In this document: piece after piece, positions 25,952 to 35,822 of the stretch
Numbering within the stretch: position 1 is the stretch's first letter
Layout of the letters: every line of letters starts with the position of its first letter
Source of the DNA: Patescibacteria group bacterium
Lineage (GTDB): Bacteria > Patescibacteriota > Dojkabacteria > GCA-002793355
Length of the DNA: 64,000 nucleotides
NCBI GenBank assembly: GCA_016860985.1
Contig: BOKM01000001.1
Coordinates: 655,462 to 719,461, forward strand
Direction: 5' to 3'
Translations under genes and position numbers: made by a program
The notes under the pieces: model-generated
Seen by the model: only the letters and a program-made list of their open reading frames with translations
Databases searched by the model: none
Told to the model about the DNA's origin: nothing

Positions 25952-27346
25952 ATGAATGCACCTGCTGTTTCACCACAAGAGATGCAAAAACTTTGGGATC
26001 TTGTGAAGTTCTCACTTTCAAAAAAGTTTTCACCTGAATCGTATAAAGCGTGGATCGCGCATTCTACAAAATTGCGTGGGGTTGAAGATGGCAAAATTGT
26101 TATAGCGGTAAGAAATAACCTTACGCTGCAGTGGTTGGAGAAAAACGCACGCGAGCAATTATCACTCATTTTCCGCGATGTACTTGGAGAGGGGAGTGAA
26201 TTGTCACTTGAGGTAAATCAAGAGGTTTTTGAGTCAAAATTACTTGCCAAAGATACATTACCAAAAATCGGCAATCTTCTTACACAAGCAGCAGAAACTG
26301 AGGACAAACTACATAAAGCTATTCGAGAGGCAGGTCTTAACGAAAAGTTTACGTTTGAATCATTCATCGTTGGAAACAACAATCAAATTGCACATGCAGC
26401 TGCACAAGCGGTTACCTCGAATATTGGGCAACAGTATAATCCGTTGTTTGTGTATGGAAGTGTTGGCGTTGGCAAGACTCACTTAATGCATGCAATCGGA
26501 CATGCGGTGCTCGCTCGAGATGTAACAAAGAAAATTTACTACTGTTCAAGTGAAACCTTCCTAAATGAGATGGTCGAGTCGATTCGTAGTAAAAAAACTG
26601 CAGAGTTTAGAGAAAAGTATCGCAAGCTGGATATACTTATGATCGACGATATTCAATTCATCTCGAAGTGGGAAGGCGCACAGGAAGAAATCTTCCATAC
26701 GTTCAATGTATTATCTGGCGCAAGCAAGCAAATTATCCTAGCGTCTGACCGTCCACCTGCTCAAATCCAAAACCTTGCAGACAGGCTTCGCTCTCGTTTC
26801 GAAGGCGGAATGATGATCGATATAATCCCTCCAGATTATGAGACTCGCGTTGCAATTCTTGCTAACTTCAATAAAGATCATAGTCCACCGTTGTCACTTG
26901 ATTGTCTCGAAGCCATCGCTTCTTTGGTCGAAGATAATATCCGTCAATTGATTGGTGCCTACAATAAGGTTTACACGTATGCAACCGTAACGAATACTCA
27001 GATGGATAGAGTAACTGTTGAAAAAATTATTGGTGTCGACCAAGAGGCGGCACGCAAAAAAGTAGATGTCGAAGATGTACTCATTAAGGTTGCTGATTCG
27101 TTTGGCGTCACTGTTGGTCAAATGAAGTCTTCTACCCGAACTGCTGAGGTTGCATTACCAAGGCAAATAGCCATGTATCTGATTCGTGATATACTGAATT
27201 ACCCACTTGAACGTGTTGCACGCTCGCTCAAGAGAACCGATCATACAACGGTACTGCATGCGGTCGACAAAGTAACAAAACTTATGACAAACGACCATCT
27301 GCTCCGTACTCAAATCGTAGGTATAAAAAACAGTATACTGAAGTAG
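25952..27346 (+). CDS. dnaA: Chromosomal replication initiator DnaA
   Basis: AAA+ Walker A GSVGVGKTHLMHAIG, box VII, and C-terminal HTH domain RQIAMYLIRD..HTTVLHAVDKV. Confidence 0.9.
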   Translation: MNAPAVSPQEMQKLWDLVKFSLSKKFSPESYKAWIAHSTKLRGVEDGKIVIAVRNNLTLQWLEKNAREQLSLIFRDVLGEGSELSLEVNQEVFESKLLAKDTLPKIGNLLTQAAETEDKLHKAIREAGLNEKFTFESFIVGNNNQIAHAAAQAVTSNIGQQYNPLFVYGSVGVGKTHLMHAIGHAVLARDVTKKIYYCSSETFLNEMVESIRSKKTAEFREKYRKLDILMIDDIQFISKWEGAQEEIFHTFNVLSGASKQIILASDRPPAQIQNLADRLRSRFEGGMMIDIIPPDYETRVAILANFNKDHSPPLSLDCLEAIASLVEDNIRQLIGAYNKVYTYATVTNTQMDRVTVEKIIGVDQEAARKKVDVEDVLIKVADSFGVTVGQMKSSTRTAEVALPRQIAMYLIRDILNYPLERVARSLKRTDHTTVLHAVDKVTKLMTNDHLLRTQIVGIKNSILK

Positions 27347-29206
27347 ATGAAAAAACTGCTCACAAAACTCTTTCTATTTTTGATTATTACCTCCTTAGGA
27401 TTTATTATCTCAACCTCGGATGTGTCTGCGTATACGCTGCTCAAATCAGTTCATACTACTGTCGATGTCGTATCAGAAGAAGAGGTAATGGTTACCCAAT
27501 CTCATACGCTAACGTGGGACAACTATGCATCTTTTTTTCCAAAAGAACAAAATTACGTATATGCTTACATTACTCCCGCTTTTAAGAACCAAGTTGATGC
27601 ACTTCCAAATTCGATAAAAGATTTGACTGTTGTTGGTGGAACTCGATTCACAGAAAAAATTCCATTCACTCAGTCGATTGAGAACGGGGCAATTCAACTC
27701 AAGATACCGTATTATGACGACTTACGAAACGATACGCCTTTAACTTTCGTTGTATCGTATAAGACCGATCTCTATATTGATTTGGCCGGAGGTATGCTCG
27801 ATTTACAACTGCCTGGGTTAAGTCAGGACTTCAAATCACGCGTTTCTCATAATACTGAGGGATACACCGAAATGACGAACATCACCATCAGTGTATCGAT
27901 CCCTTCACGTTTTGGAGCAGTTTCTAGCTATTTTCCGACTACGGCCCGACAGGCAATCGACAAGAAAGGGAATACGACACTACAGTTTTCGCTCCTAGAC
28001 TTAATAGGCAAATCGATTCAGATTTCCGTGGGAAACGAAAGGTTAATTAAATTCGAATTGAAGGGAAAAACCTATCAGACGAACAATGATACTCCAGAAA
28101 TTCTCGAGGGACTTTTGAAAAATTATATTGAAGTTGTTCTCCCTTCCTCGCGGGAAGGTACCGAAAATGGCAACCAAGAGATCTTGTATTCGAAAATTGA
28201 ACCATTTCCTATTTCGCTTCGAACTGATTCCGACGGAAACGTAATCGCCCGTCTTCCTGTTTCAGCAGCCTCGTCTGGAGTCATTATGATTGAGGGATAT
28301 GCAAAGCTCAAAAATATACCATTAACAAAAGATGCCTTAAATGCTGTTAAAACAGCAATTTCTGAAGACATGAAAATTTATACAGCTGGTGAACCCGCTT
28401 ACTGGCAAACGCTGGATCCTTCAATAGTAGCAGTGGCGCAGAAAGAGATTGATAGTAGCGGCAAAATTATGAATCAGGTGCGTAAAACAATGGCGTTTGT
28501 TTCACGTTCATTGTCATATGCAGACATAAAAGAAGCTTCGTCTTTGGTTCGGTTAGGTGCCAAAGAATCGTTGGTACAAAAGGTAGGTGTGTGTATGGAG
28601 TATTCTGATTTGCTTTTAACCCTGCTGCGTTCGCAAGGAATCCCCACTAGGGCAGTTTTTGGAGATGGTGTTGGAACCCGAGTAGACAGAACACTTGAAG
28701 GTATTGGTCATCAGTGGGTCAGTGTCTGGTTACCAGGTGTTGGTTGGACTCCAATCGACCCAACGTGGAGTGACAATAATAGAGAATACGTTGGTCATGA
28801 TGTTAATCACTTCACTTGGTATGTTGCCTCCGCTTCGGTGAATGAACCGAACGGTTTTAACTGCCTGTCTTGGGATGCAACTTCGCCGTGTAAAGATGCA
28901 CTCGAAATTTCAACCACGCCGGTTGACTCAATTCCTGACGATGAGTCACTACTCACACTGTCTCAAATAGAAGCAAAAATTTCGGTAGAACCACCACAAC
29001 CTGGATGGAGGGTTGCGTTACAACGATTTGTCGATTACCTAGGTGAATCGCAGTTAGGAAGAATATTACTGAGCAAACAGGGACTCCTCATGCTTTTTGG
29101 TCTTTTTACCTATCTGATTCTTGTCAGTATCATTTCGGCAGTGAGTAAACGAATTCGCAAAAAAAAACTACAGAATGCCGCTAGTCAATTTCCTCCTACA
29201 GTGTAA
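27347..29206 (+). CDS. Secreted, C-terminally membrane-anchored transglutaminase-like cysteine protease-fold protein
   Basis: Signal peptide MKKLLTKLFLFLIITSLGFIIS. Transglutaminase core GVCMEYSDLLLTLLRSQGIPTR..GHQWVSVWLPGVGWTPIDPT (Cys-His-Asp). C-terminal TM LLMLFGLFTYLILVSIISAV. ATG overlaps the dnaA stop (TAGATGA). Confidence 0.7.
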   Translation: MKKLLTKLFLFLIITSLGFIISTSDVSAYTLLKSVHTTVDVVSEEEVMVTQSHTLTWDNYASFFPKEQNYVYAYITPAFKNQVDALPNSIKDLTVVGGTRFTEKIPFTQSIENGAIQLKIPYYDDLRNDTPLTFVVSYKTDLYIDLAGGMLDLQLPGLSQDFKSRVSHNTEGYTEMTNITISVSIPSRFGAVSSYFPTTARQAIDKKGNTTLQFSLLDLIGKSIQISVGNERLIKFELKGKTYQTNNDTPEILEGLLKNYIEVVLPSSREGTENGNQEILYSKIEPFPISLRTDSDGNVIARLPVSAASSGVIMIEGYAKLKNIPLTKDALNAVKTAISEDMKIYTAGEPAYWQTLDPSIVAVAQKEIDSSGKIMNQVRKTMAFVSRSLSYADIKEASSLVRLGAKESLVQKVGVCMEYSDLLLTLLRSQGIPTRAVFGDGVGTRVDRTLEGIGHQWVSVWLPGVGWTPIDPTWSDNNREYVGHDVNHFTWYVASASVNEPNGFNCLSWDATSPCKDALEISTTPVDSIPDDESLLTLSQIEAKISVEPPQPGWRVALQRFVDYLGESQLGRILLSKQGLLMLFGLFTYLILVSIISAVSKRIRKKKLQNAASQFPPTV

Positions 29207-30725
29207 TTACTCCAGATTGTGAAAGATATTGTTTTGCTGCGTTGAGTAACTCGTCTTTACCATTCAAATTTGGATTTTCGAGCACAAGATCAAGTAGGTG
29301 AGTGAGGGTTTTTCCTATGTCAGGTCCAGGAGGGAGTTTAAAATACTCCATCAATTCATTTCCATCGATTGCTAAATCAGAAATTTTAAGTGCGTTATCT
29401 TCTGCTAATACCTTTGAGATTCGGGCCTGAAGTGCCACAATTTCTTCTGGTGACCACATGCTTCCGGGTTCGCTTGTTGCATCCGCGATGCGAAGAGCAA
29501 ACAAATCCTCAATATTTTCAATACCAACTCGCTTAATAAATCTTCGTACCGCTCCATCAGACCAGAACTTTACTTCTTTTACATCTTCGGAGTGGGCTGG
29601 TGCATTTTGTTGTGCCGCAGCACTTTCATCTTGCCCGTTTTGGAGTGCTTTTATTTCTGCTTCAGTATAGGGGTAGTAAAACATATGCCATCGAACGAGA
29701 TTGGCAACATTTTTTATCTCGAGATTAGAAAAACGCAAGCGCTTCATTACCTGTTCTGCAAGGTCGGCCCCTTTCTGATCATGACCATAGAAATGTCCGT
29801 CATTTGTCGCTGTTTCGGGTTTGGCGATGTCGTGGAACAATGCTGCAAGTTTCACGCGGTCAGGTGCTAAATCAATAGTTCGGAGAGTATGATGGTAGAC
29901 ATCAAAAGCGTGCCCAATGTCTTGTTTTATGCCGTAAGTCTGGACTAATTCTGGGAGGAAAAGATTTAACAGCCCGCTTTCTCTTAAAAGCTCAATTCCA
30001 ATAGAAGGGCGGGGAGACTTGTAGAGCAGTTTTAAAAATTCATCTCTTATTCTTTCGGCTGAAACCATTTGGGAAACGTTCAGGCATTTTTTTATCGCCT
30101 CGAAGGTCTGAGTTTCAATTGTAAATCCAAGTTGCGAGGCAAAACGGCATGCGCGATAAGGGCGCAATCCATCTTCGGTAAATCGAGATATTGGGTCTCC
30201 GACCGTTCTAACCATTTTTTGTGCAAGATCGCCCTGTCCGTTGTAGTAATCGAGAAGTGTGAATTCGTAGGTGTGCTTATGCGTAAGCGTAAATTCGTCA
30301 GTAGCGAGCGGGTGCTCAAGGTATACTATGCCGTGTTCAGAAAGGTCTAGTGCCATTGCATTGATAGTAAAATCTCTTCTTTGCAGGTCTTCTTCCAGGT
30401 TGCGAACAAATGTGACTTTTGAGGGCCAGCGGCCTTGTAGGTAATCCTCTTCGTTTCTCAGTGTGGTGACTTCTACAGTAAAATTCTCTCCGTTAGTATC
30501 TTGTTGAACTGCGACTACAGTGCCAAATTGAGCGCCTACTGCAATAGATTTTGGAAATAGCTCGATGAGTGTGTCAGGGAGTGCGTCGGTTGCGATATCA
30601 TAGTCGTGTGGCTCAATGCCAAGTAATGTATCTCGAATTGCTCCTGCAACAAGATACGCCTTGTAACCTTCTTTTACCAAGATTCGTGCAACGGAAACGA
30701 CATAGTGTGGTATTTCTATTTGCAT
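29196..30725 (-). CDS. cca: CCA-adding tRNA nucleotidyltransferase with HD domain
   Basis: Pol-beta-type head LVAGAIRDTLLGIEPHDYDIATDA and HD motif LAALFHDIAKPET. Consistent with tRNA genes that lack encoded CCA. Confidence 0.8.
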   Translation of the reverse strand: MQIEIPHYVVSVARILVKEGYKAYLVAGAIRDTLLGIEPHDYDIATDALPDTLIELFPKSIAVGAQFGTVVAVQQDTNGENFTVEVTTLRNEEDYLQGRWPSKVTFVRNLEEDLQRRDFTINAMALDLSEHGIVYLEHPLATDEFTLTHKHTYEFTLLDYYNGQGDLAQKMVRTVGDPISRFTEDGLRPYRACRFASQLGFTIETQTFEAIKKCLNVSQMVSAERIRDEFLKLLYKSPRPSIGIELLRESGLLNLFLPELVQTYGIKQDIGHAFDVYHHTLRTIDLAPDRVKLAALFHDIAKPETATNDGHFYGHDQKGADLAEQVMKRLRFSNLEIKNVANLVRWHMFYYPYTEAEIKALQNGQDESAAAQQNAPAHSEDVKEVKFWSDGAVRRFIKRVGIENIEDLFALRIADATSEPGSMWSPEEIVALQARISKVLAEDNALKISDLAIDGNELMEYFKLPPGPDIGKTLTHLLDLVLENPNLNGKDELLNAAKQYLSQSGVITL

Positions 30726-30926
30726 GGCCGAGTATAGCAGTCTCTATAAAAACAAGCGAGAAAGGTCAACCCCAAAAAAGACACTGATGATAAAGGTTAT
30801 GACCGCAAGAAGAAAAAGGACAAGGGAAACTATAACTGCTGGCCCCTGTAAATTTGTTTGCATTACATTATTATAGGTGCAAAAAAGGAATTAGTAAATT
30901 GCGGAAGTAAAGATGCCTCCTGTTGC

Positions 30927-30954
30927 TTGAATAACTAGCTCACTGTGCTATAAT
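30927..30954 (+). promoter_or_regulatory. Sigma70-like promoter of rpsT, predicting a leaderless mRNA
   Basis: TTGAAT at 30927-30932, 16-nt spacer, TATAAT at 30949-30954. The rpsT ATG at 30961 is 6 nt after the -10 element, so the transcription start falls at or beside the A of ATG. Confidence 0.55.
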
Positions 30955-30960
30955 TCCACC

Positions 30961-31221
30961 ATGCCAAATCTGACAAATGCAAAAAAAGCAGTGCGAAAAG
31001 CAGACGCACGAACAACTAAGAACCGACAGGTGAAAGATCGAATTACCCGATGGTTAAAAAAAGTTACTCTCGCAGTTACTGCAAAAAACAAAGAAGAAGC
31101 AGTCAAGGCGTTTTCGTTCTTGACCAAACTTTTGGATAAAGCAGCAAAAGAAAAGGTTATCGAACCAAACAAAGCGGCACGTCAAAAATCACGTGTACAA
31201 ACCAAAATCAATGCTCTATAA
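30961..31221 (+). CDS. rpsT: 30S ribosomal protein S20
   Basis: MPNLTNAKKAVRKADARTTKNRQVKDRI..KAARQKSRVQTKINAL; length 86 aa. Confidence 0.85.
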   Translation: MPNLTNAKKAVRKADARTTKNRQVKDRITRWLKKVTLAVTAKNKEEAVKAFSFLTKLLDKAAKEKVIEPNKAARQKSRVQTKINAL

Positions 31222-31227
31222 TAGAGC

Positions 31228-33390
31228 ATGAGGCAGAGTATACAGCGTAGAAAGTTTAAACGATTTCTTCCTCCAATCGTGTCCATATTGGTTTTATCTG
31301 TTGCCTTTATTTCTGGTATTCGAGTTCTTCCTACATTCTCTTTGTTTTTGGACAACAGTCCTAAGCAACAGTACTTTGCCGAATCAGAGAGTAAGCTAGT
31401 TCTCCAAAAAGCAGCTCCAGAAAAGAAAAAGATTACCCTGAATCCCTCTGTTCTTGCTGAGACAACTGGTAGTGGAAAATGTGGGCAAGCATGGACTTGG
31501 CCTTGCGATGATTCTAAAAAGCGGGGGTATCTTGTAAATGGAAAAAAGTTAGATGAAGCGGGAAATACAATATATTTTGAAAACGTACTCTTAAAAAAGC
31601 AACCTCATGGTCTAGAAATTGGTGGTGGTGTAAGTACCTCTACCACTGTAGTGGTAGATGCAGGGGACCCCGATGATCCTCGAGATGACGTAAAAAAGAA
31701 AATTGGTTTTTGTTTGACTGATGGAGTTCAGTACGAGTCCCTTGCCATTATTGCATTATCTCAGCCACTTTTACCAAAAACAATTCAAGGCCTAGGTTTA
31801 AGCATTAAACCAATTAATGACAAGGGTGACCAGTTTGCCGGAATTGATCTCAAATGGCTATCAACGCTTAAGCCAGAGCAATTTGAAAAGCTGTTCTGCT
31901 CGCTTGCAGGAGATTACTCGGAGTATACTCTCCGCTCAATGGACATATATGGCATTATTCCTTCCTCAAACCAACTCGGCATGGACTGGACTTCGTTTAT
32001 CAATATGAAATGTAACGGAAGAAGACCAGGAGAATCTAGTGCCGAATTTGCAAAAACATGGGAGCAGGATGAGGACAGAGATACAACAACATTCAAAGTC
32101 CTTGTTGAAAATAACGAGTTCCATAATGAAGTGGATGAGCATTTTCGGCCGAAAATGCTCAAAGACGGACTTAGCGGTATTATTGCTCCGGGTGTTGGAT
32201 ATATAGGAGGGCTTGCGTTCCAGCCAAAATCACAAGACACGTATTTGGCAAAATTGGCTGGTTCAGCCATTACATCACAAAGTCTTGCCGGAGCGATTAA
32301 TGCAGCCCCAAGAAAAACGGCAAAAGACTTAATTGAAAATGCTACTGGAATTGATCAGAAATCGCCTGATTCCTATAGCTCAACTATGTTATCTGTTGGG
32401 GCAGAAATGCTCGAAGATAAACTAGACCCAGTAACAAAAAAAATTCTCCCTGGTGGTGCCTACCAAGATGAATATGAAAAAGCTACTGTCGAATCAGCTA
32501 TTTTTGGAGGGATATACTATATTCCTGATTCTGAAGTAGAAAAAGGAGGTAATCCGAGCATGCTCTCGTATGATACCAAAAAGCTCGATCCTTCCATGTA
32601 TTTGTGCGACGAACAGTCTGGAAATAACAGTTGTCCGATCATTCGTGCTACTTCAGGTTGTTCGGGACTGTTTCAGGCAAAAGTAGCAATTAGATTACGC
32701 CAAATAATTCTCTCTGCGGTAAATGATACCGATAGCTACGCAGGAACTACTGGAGATCAAGGGTCGAATGATGAAGTAGCTCGATCTTATACTCGATCCG
32801 GCGACTTTTTTGAGGGTGCCTTTAGGAAACCTGAACCTTATATTGAAAAGGCAACAACAGATGAACTGATTGTTCTTACAGGGAGAGGAACCCCTAAGTG
32901 TATGGAATATGCGACTGCTCGTGTGGAAGCCCAAGGTTCAACAAAACTTACCGAAGAAGATCAAGAAAGAATTCAAAAAGCAGCAGAGTCTCCTAACTAT
33001 ACGAAACAGGCTTTTCTTGTATCCCCGATCAATGTGAAATACCGAACTTGGGCAAATTACAAACGCGACCTCGGTATACTTGCGCAGTGGGAAATAACAA
33101 AGGCAATTTTTGGACCTGATCCCGAATGGGCTTCAGACGAAGTTTCAGGAGAAAAAATTAAACCTGCATTGATTTCATTTAAAGCAGACACGTTATATCG
33201 AGGGCAGGGTGGAACCGTGGTTGGGGATCCTTACTCTCTGGAAGTTCAAAAAAATATCAACGCCTTCTTAAAGAAAAACAAAATTGAGGTAATGACCGAT
33301 GCACATATAGATTGTGCCACCGGCCCTTATGGTACAGCGGAGTATTGGCTCTGCTCAGACTCCGCAAACATTCTTCCCAAATGTCAGTAG
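31228..33390 (+). CDS. Hypothetical secreted/membrane-anchored Cys-rich protein (720 aa), no recognisable domain
   Basis: N-terminal hydrophobic anchor FLPPIVSILVLSVAFISGI. Many paired Cys. Convergently overlaps the 33384 gene by 7 nt. Confidence 0.5.
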   Translation: MRQSIQRRKFKRFLPPIVSILVLSVAFISGIRVLPTFSLFLDNSPKQQYFAESESKLVLQKAAPEKKKITLNPSVLAETTGSGKCGQAWTWPCDDSKKRGYLVNGKKLDEAGNTIYFENVLLKKQPHGLEIGGGVSTSTTVVVDAGDPDDPRDDVKKKIGFCLTDGVQYESLAIIALSQPLLPKTIQGLGLSIKPINDKGDQFAGIDLKWLSTLKPEQFEKLFCSLAGDYSEYTLRSMDIYGIIPSSNQLGMDWTSFINMKCNGRRPGESSAEFAKTWEQDEDRDTTTFKVLVENNEFHNEVDEHFRPKMLKDGLSGIIAPGVGYIGGLAFQPKSQDTYLAKLAGSAITSQSLAGAINAAPRKTAKDLIENATGIDQKSPDSYSSTMLSVGAEMLEDKLDPVTKKILPGGAYQDEYEKATVESAIFGGIYYIPDSEVEKGGNPSMLSYDTKKLDPSMYLCDEQSGNNSCPIIRATSGCSGLFQAKVAIRLRQIILSAVNDTDSYAGTTGDQGSNDEVARSYTRSGDFFEGAFRKPEPYIEKATTDELIVLTGRGTPKCMEYATARVEAQGSTKLTEEDQERIQKAAESPNYTKQAFLVSPINVKYRTWANYKRDLGILAQWEITKAIFGPDPEWASDEVSGEKIKPALISFKADTLYRGQGGTVVGDPYSLEVQKNINAFLKKNKIEVMTDAHIDCATGPYGTAEYWLCSDSANILPKCQ

Positions 33391-34634
33391 ACCAAATAAT
33401 GGTCAAAACTTCCGAGTATAAGCACAATTAGTACAAGCGCGACATGCTGCCATGTATGCAGTAATTGCCAATTCTTTTTCCAGACGTACCAAAGTCCACC
33501 GACGAGTGTTGTAGTGAGTGGAAGGCCTAATTCTACAAGCAGGAGCAGTAATATATTGTGTGGCGGCTCAGCAAGTATCTGATTACCCCAAATAACTGTC
33601 TGAGTAAGGTCTTTTGCATGGAAAAGTAAAGTAGGAATGCTCATGGTAAACCCTGTGCCGGTTAAGAGAAAATGCGGAAATTTTTGGAGTAATTCTAAAT
33701 ACAACGACTGAATCGTTACTCTTGAATCAACAAAAGTAGCGCTGGTCTCCGGAAATAGAGAAGTAACTGCGATTGCCATGCTGAGAAGTAATGGTATTGC
33801 CCAATAATATAGTTTTGGTATAGTGATTTTCTCTAATCGATTTCTTAGTAAGTATGCAAAGAACAAAGCGATAAATGCCAGTAATCCAGTTTTAGACAGC
33901 GTTCCAAGAAGTAGCACCAAACTCGCAAGTCCGAAAAAAAGCTTGTTCACTTTTGGTGCGGTAAGAGACAGTACTATAAAATTCCAAAATACGATTATTC
34001 CAGCAAGAATATTGGGATGTGGAGTAGTGCCATACAGTCGAGTGTATTCAAAAATCCCAATTATTGATTTGCTCGTGAATACAGTCGGTTGCCCAAGCCA
34101 TGCAAAAAAGGATGGTTCGAAAGGTCCATTGCTAAAGAACTGAAGAATTCCAAAAAATATCTGGAATCCTAAAGAGAGGGAGAACACTTTGAGTACCGTT
34201 TTGTGCAAGGAAATATCTGAAGCAAGAATCGTTTTAGTGGTAATAAAAAATGCGCTTGTGGAAGTAAAGAAAGCAGCTAAATGGAAAAAGGATGCAATAA
34301 ACAAGGGAGAAAATGAGGTGCCAATTCCTCTAGATAGCTCGTAAATCGGTCGTATTGCTACTATTGACACCAGTGTCAATATGGACAAAAAAACGTACAA
34401 TTCTTTTTGAGATTTTTTCTTCAATAAGTAAACGACACAGACCCCAAGCGCAAGAATCAATGTGAGCGTAATTCTAATATGGAGGTAATTAATGTATTTG
34501 CCCAGTAAGTAGGCGTGGGAATCGGCGATAATTTCTCCAATGAATAATGGAAGTGAGGATATAAAAAGAAGGCTTACTCCTTCTAGTGGGTACTTTTTTA
34601 TGTAGTTTTTAAGCTGCTGGAGTTGTGTCTGCAT
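33384..34634 (-). CDS. Polytopic membrane protein, O-antigen ligase/polymerase-like (Wzy_C/WaaL family)
   Basis: About 10-12 hydrophobic helices. Periplasmic loop motif YTRLYGTTPHPNILAGII resembles the WaaL conserved H-N motif. Start placed at ATG 34634, a 26-nt overlap with khpB; the track start at 34772 would overlap 160 nt. TGA stop. Confidence 0.5.
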   Translation of the reverse strand: MQTQLQQLKNYIKKYPLEGVSLLFISSLPLFIGEIIADSHAYLLGKYINYLHIRITLTLILALGVCVVYLLKKKSQKELYVFLSILTLVSIVAIRPIYELSRGIGTSFSPLFIASFFHLAAFFTSTSAFFITTKTILASDISLHKTVLKVFSLSLGFQIFFGILQFFSNGPFEPSFFAWLGQPTVFTSKSIIGIFEYTRLYGTTPHPNILAGIIVFWNFIVLSLTAPKVNKLFFGLASLVLLLGTLSKTGLLAFIALFFAYLLRNRLEKITIPKLYYWAIPLLLSMAIAVTSLFPETSATFVDSRVTIQSLYLELLQKFPHFLLTGTGFTMSIPTLLFHAKDLTQTVIWGNQILAEPPHNILLLLLVELGLPLTTTLVGGLWYVWKKNWQLLHTWQHVALVLIVLILGSFDHYLVY

Positions 34635-35106
34635 GGCCAGGATAAATGATGACTCGTCTATCCATTCCTTCGCCTTTGCTTTCTGTACGAACTTCTTTGT
34701 GCTTTTCTGCCTCCAAGTGAACGACTCTGCGGAGTCGTGGTGGCATTGGTTTGAATTCGTATGGTTCATCAAGGAGTTTTACTTCTTCGACTGCTTGGGT
34801 GACCATTTCACGGATTTTATCGTTCTGTTTTTCGAAGTAATCACCAATATCTACAAAAAGTGCAATTCGCTTATCTGCAGGAAAAATTCTTTTAAGGTAG
34901 GAAACGGTCATTTGGTGAAGTGCCTGAAGGTTCTTGCCGTGATATCCGATGAGTAAGTCCATGTCTTGGCCTTTAATAAGAACCTGCATGTTCGTTTTTT
35001 CTGCATCATCTTCGCTAGTGACTTCGATTGATTCTGGCGTGTAGCCAACTGCCGAGATAATGTGGGAGATAAACTCCTTTACTTTGTTGTTATATTCGTC
35101 GTTCAT
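34609..35106 (-). CDS. khpB: KhpB/Jag-family RNA-binding protein (KH + R3H domains)
   Basis: KH motif LLIGYHGKNLQALHQM and R3H motif MPPRLRRVVHLEAEKH. Confidence 0.75.
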   Translation of the reverse strand: MNDEYNNKVKEFISHIISAVGYTPESIEVTSEDDAEKTNMQVLIKGQDMDLLIGYHGKNLQALHQMTVSYLKRIFPADKRIALFVDIGDYFEKQNDKIREMVTQAVEEVKLLDEPYEFKPMPPRLRRVVHLEAEKHKEVRTESKGEGMDRRVIIYPGHADTTPAA

Positions 35107-35188
35107 ATTGCCGTATTATACGAAGTGAATGCACGAAAGTAAAGGCAAGAAATTTCTTTGAATAGGGGAGGGAAAACGGACGAACGAA

Positions 35189-35229
35189 GGCAGACACTAG
35201 CAAAAATTGCATAGCATGGCGTCTGCCTT
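35189..35229. terminator. Putative bidirectional hairpin terminator between the 35255 gene and khpB
   Basis: GGCAGAC...GTCTGCC stem flanked by ACGAACGAA on one side and TTCGTTTTG on the other. Confidence 0.35.
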
Positions 35230-35254
35230 CGTTTTGTCTGAATGCTTGAGGGGG

Positions 35255-35692
35255 TTAGGGACCGTTTTCACGAAGCCTGTTGAGACCCTCTTTGAGCGGT
35301 TTGAAGATGTTTTTGGACAGCCAGTTTGAGATTGAACTCAGTTTGCCAAACAGCCATTCACCAACATCGATGAAGTTGATTCCAAGAAGTATCCAAGCGA
35401 AGACCCTGCCGAGTATGATTAACGCGGAATTGCTCGGGTCATTTGGATATTTCAGAACCGTACCCCATACGATGAGGATAAAGAGCGTCGGCACGAACTG
35501 GCCTGCCCTGATTGCCGCTGAGGTCTCTGCGAAGAGCGAGACGAGAATAGCGGTGACAATCAGAACTGACATCAAGTCGCTACCGCTCGGAGAGAGGATT
35601 TCAACGAAGTGCTTACCTACCTGGTAGGCACCCCAAATCCCCAAAGCATCCGACAGGTACTGCAAGAAAGTCTTTTGTTTTTTGACTTCCAT
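35255..35692 (-). CDS. Small multi-helix membrane protein, holin-like; function unknown
   Basis: Length 145 aa with 3-4 hydrophobic helices and a TAA stop. Confidence 0.45.
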   Translation of the reverse strand: MEVKKQKTFLQYLSDALGIWGAYQVGKHFVEILSPSGSDLMSVLIVTAILVSLFAETSAAIRAGQFVPTLFILIVWGTVLKYPNDPSNSALIILGRVFAWILLGINFIDVGEWLFGKLSSISNWLSKNIFKPLKEGLNRLRENGP

Positions 35693-35822
35693 TTTTGCCT
35701 CCTTTCTAGTTAGCAGGTTTGCAGACCTATAGTATTATACCACTTTTCCCCTTTGTCAACCATATCTCCGTGCAAAACTGTCACTTTGTTGTACAACTGC
35801 ATTTCTTGACGTATACTAGAAG

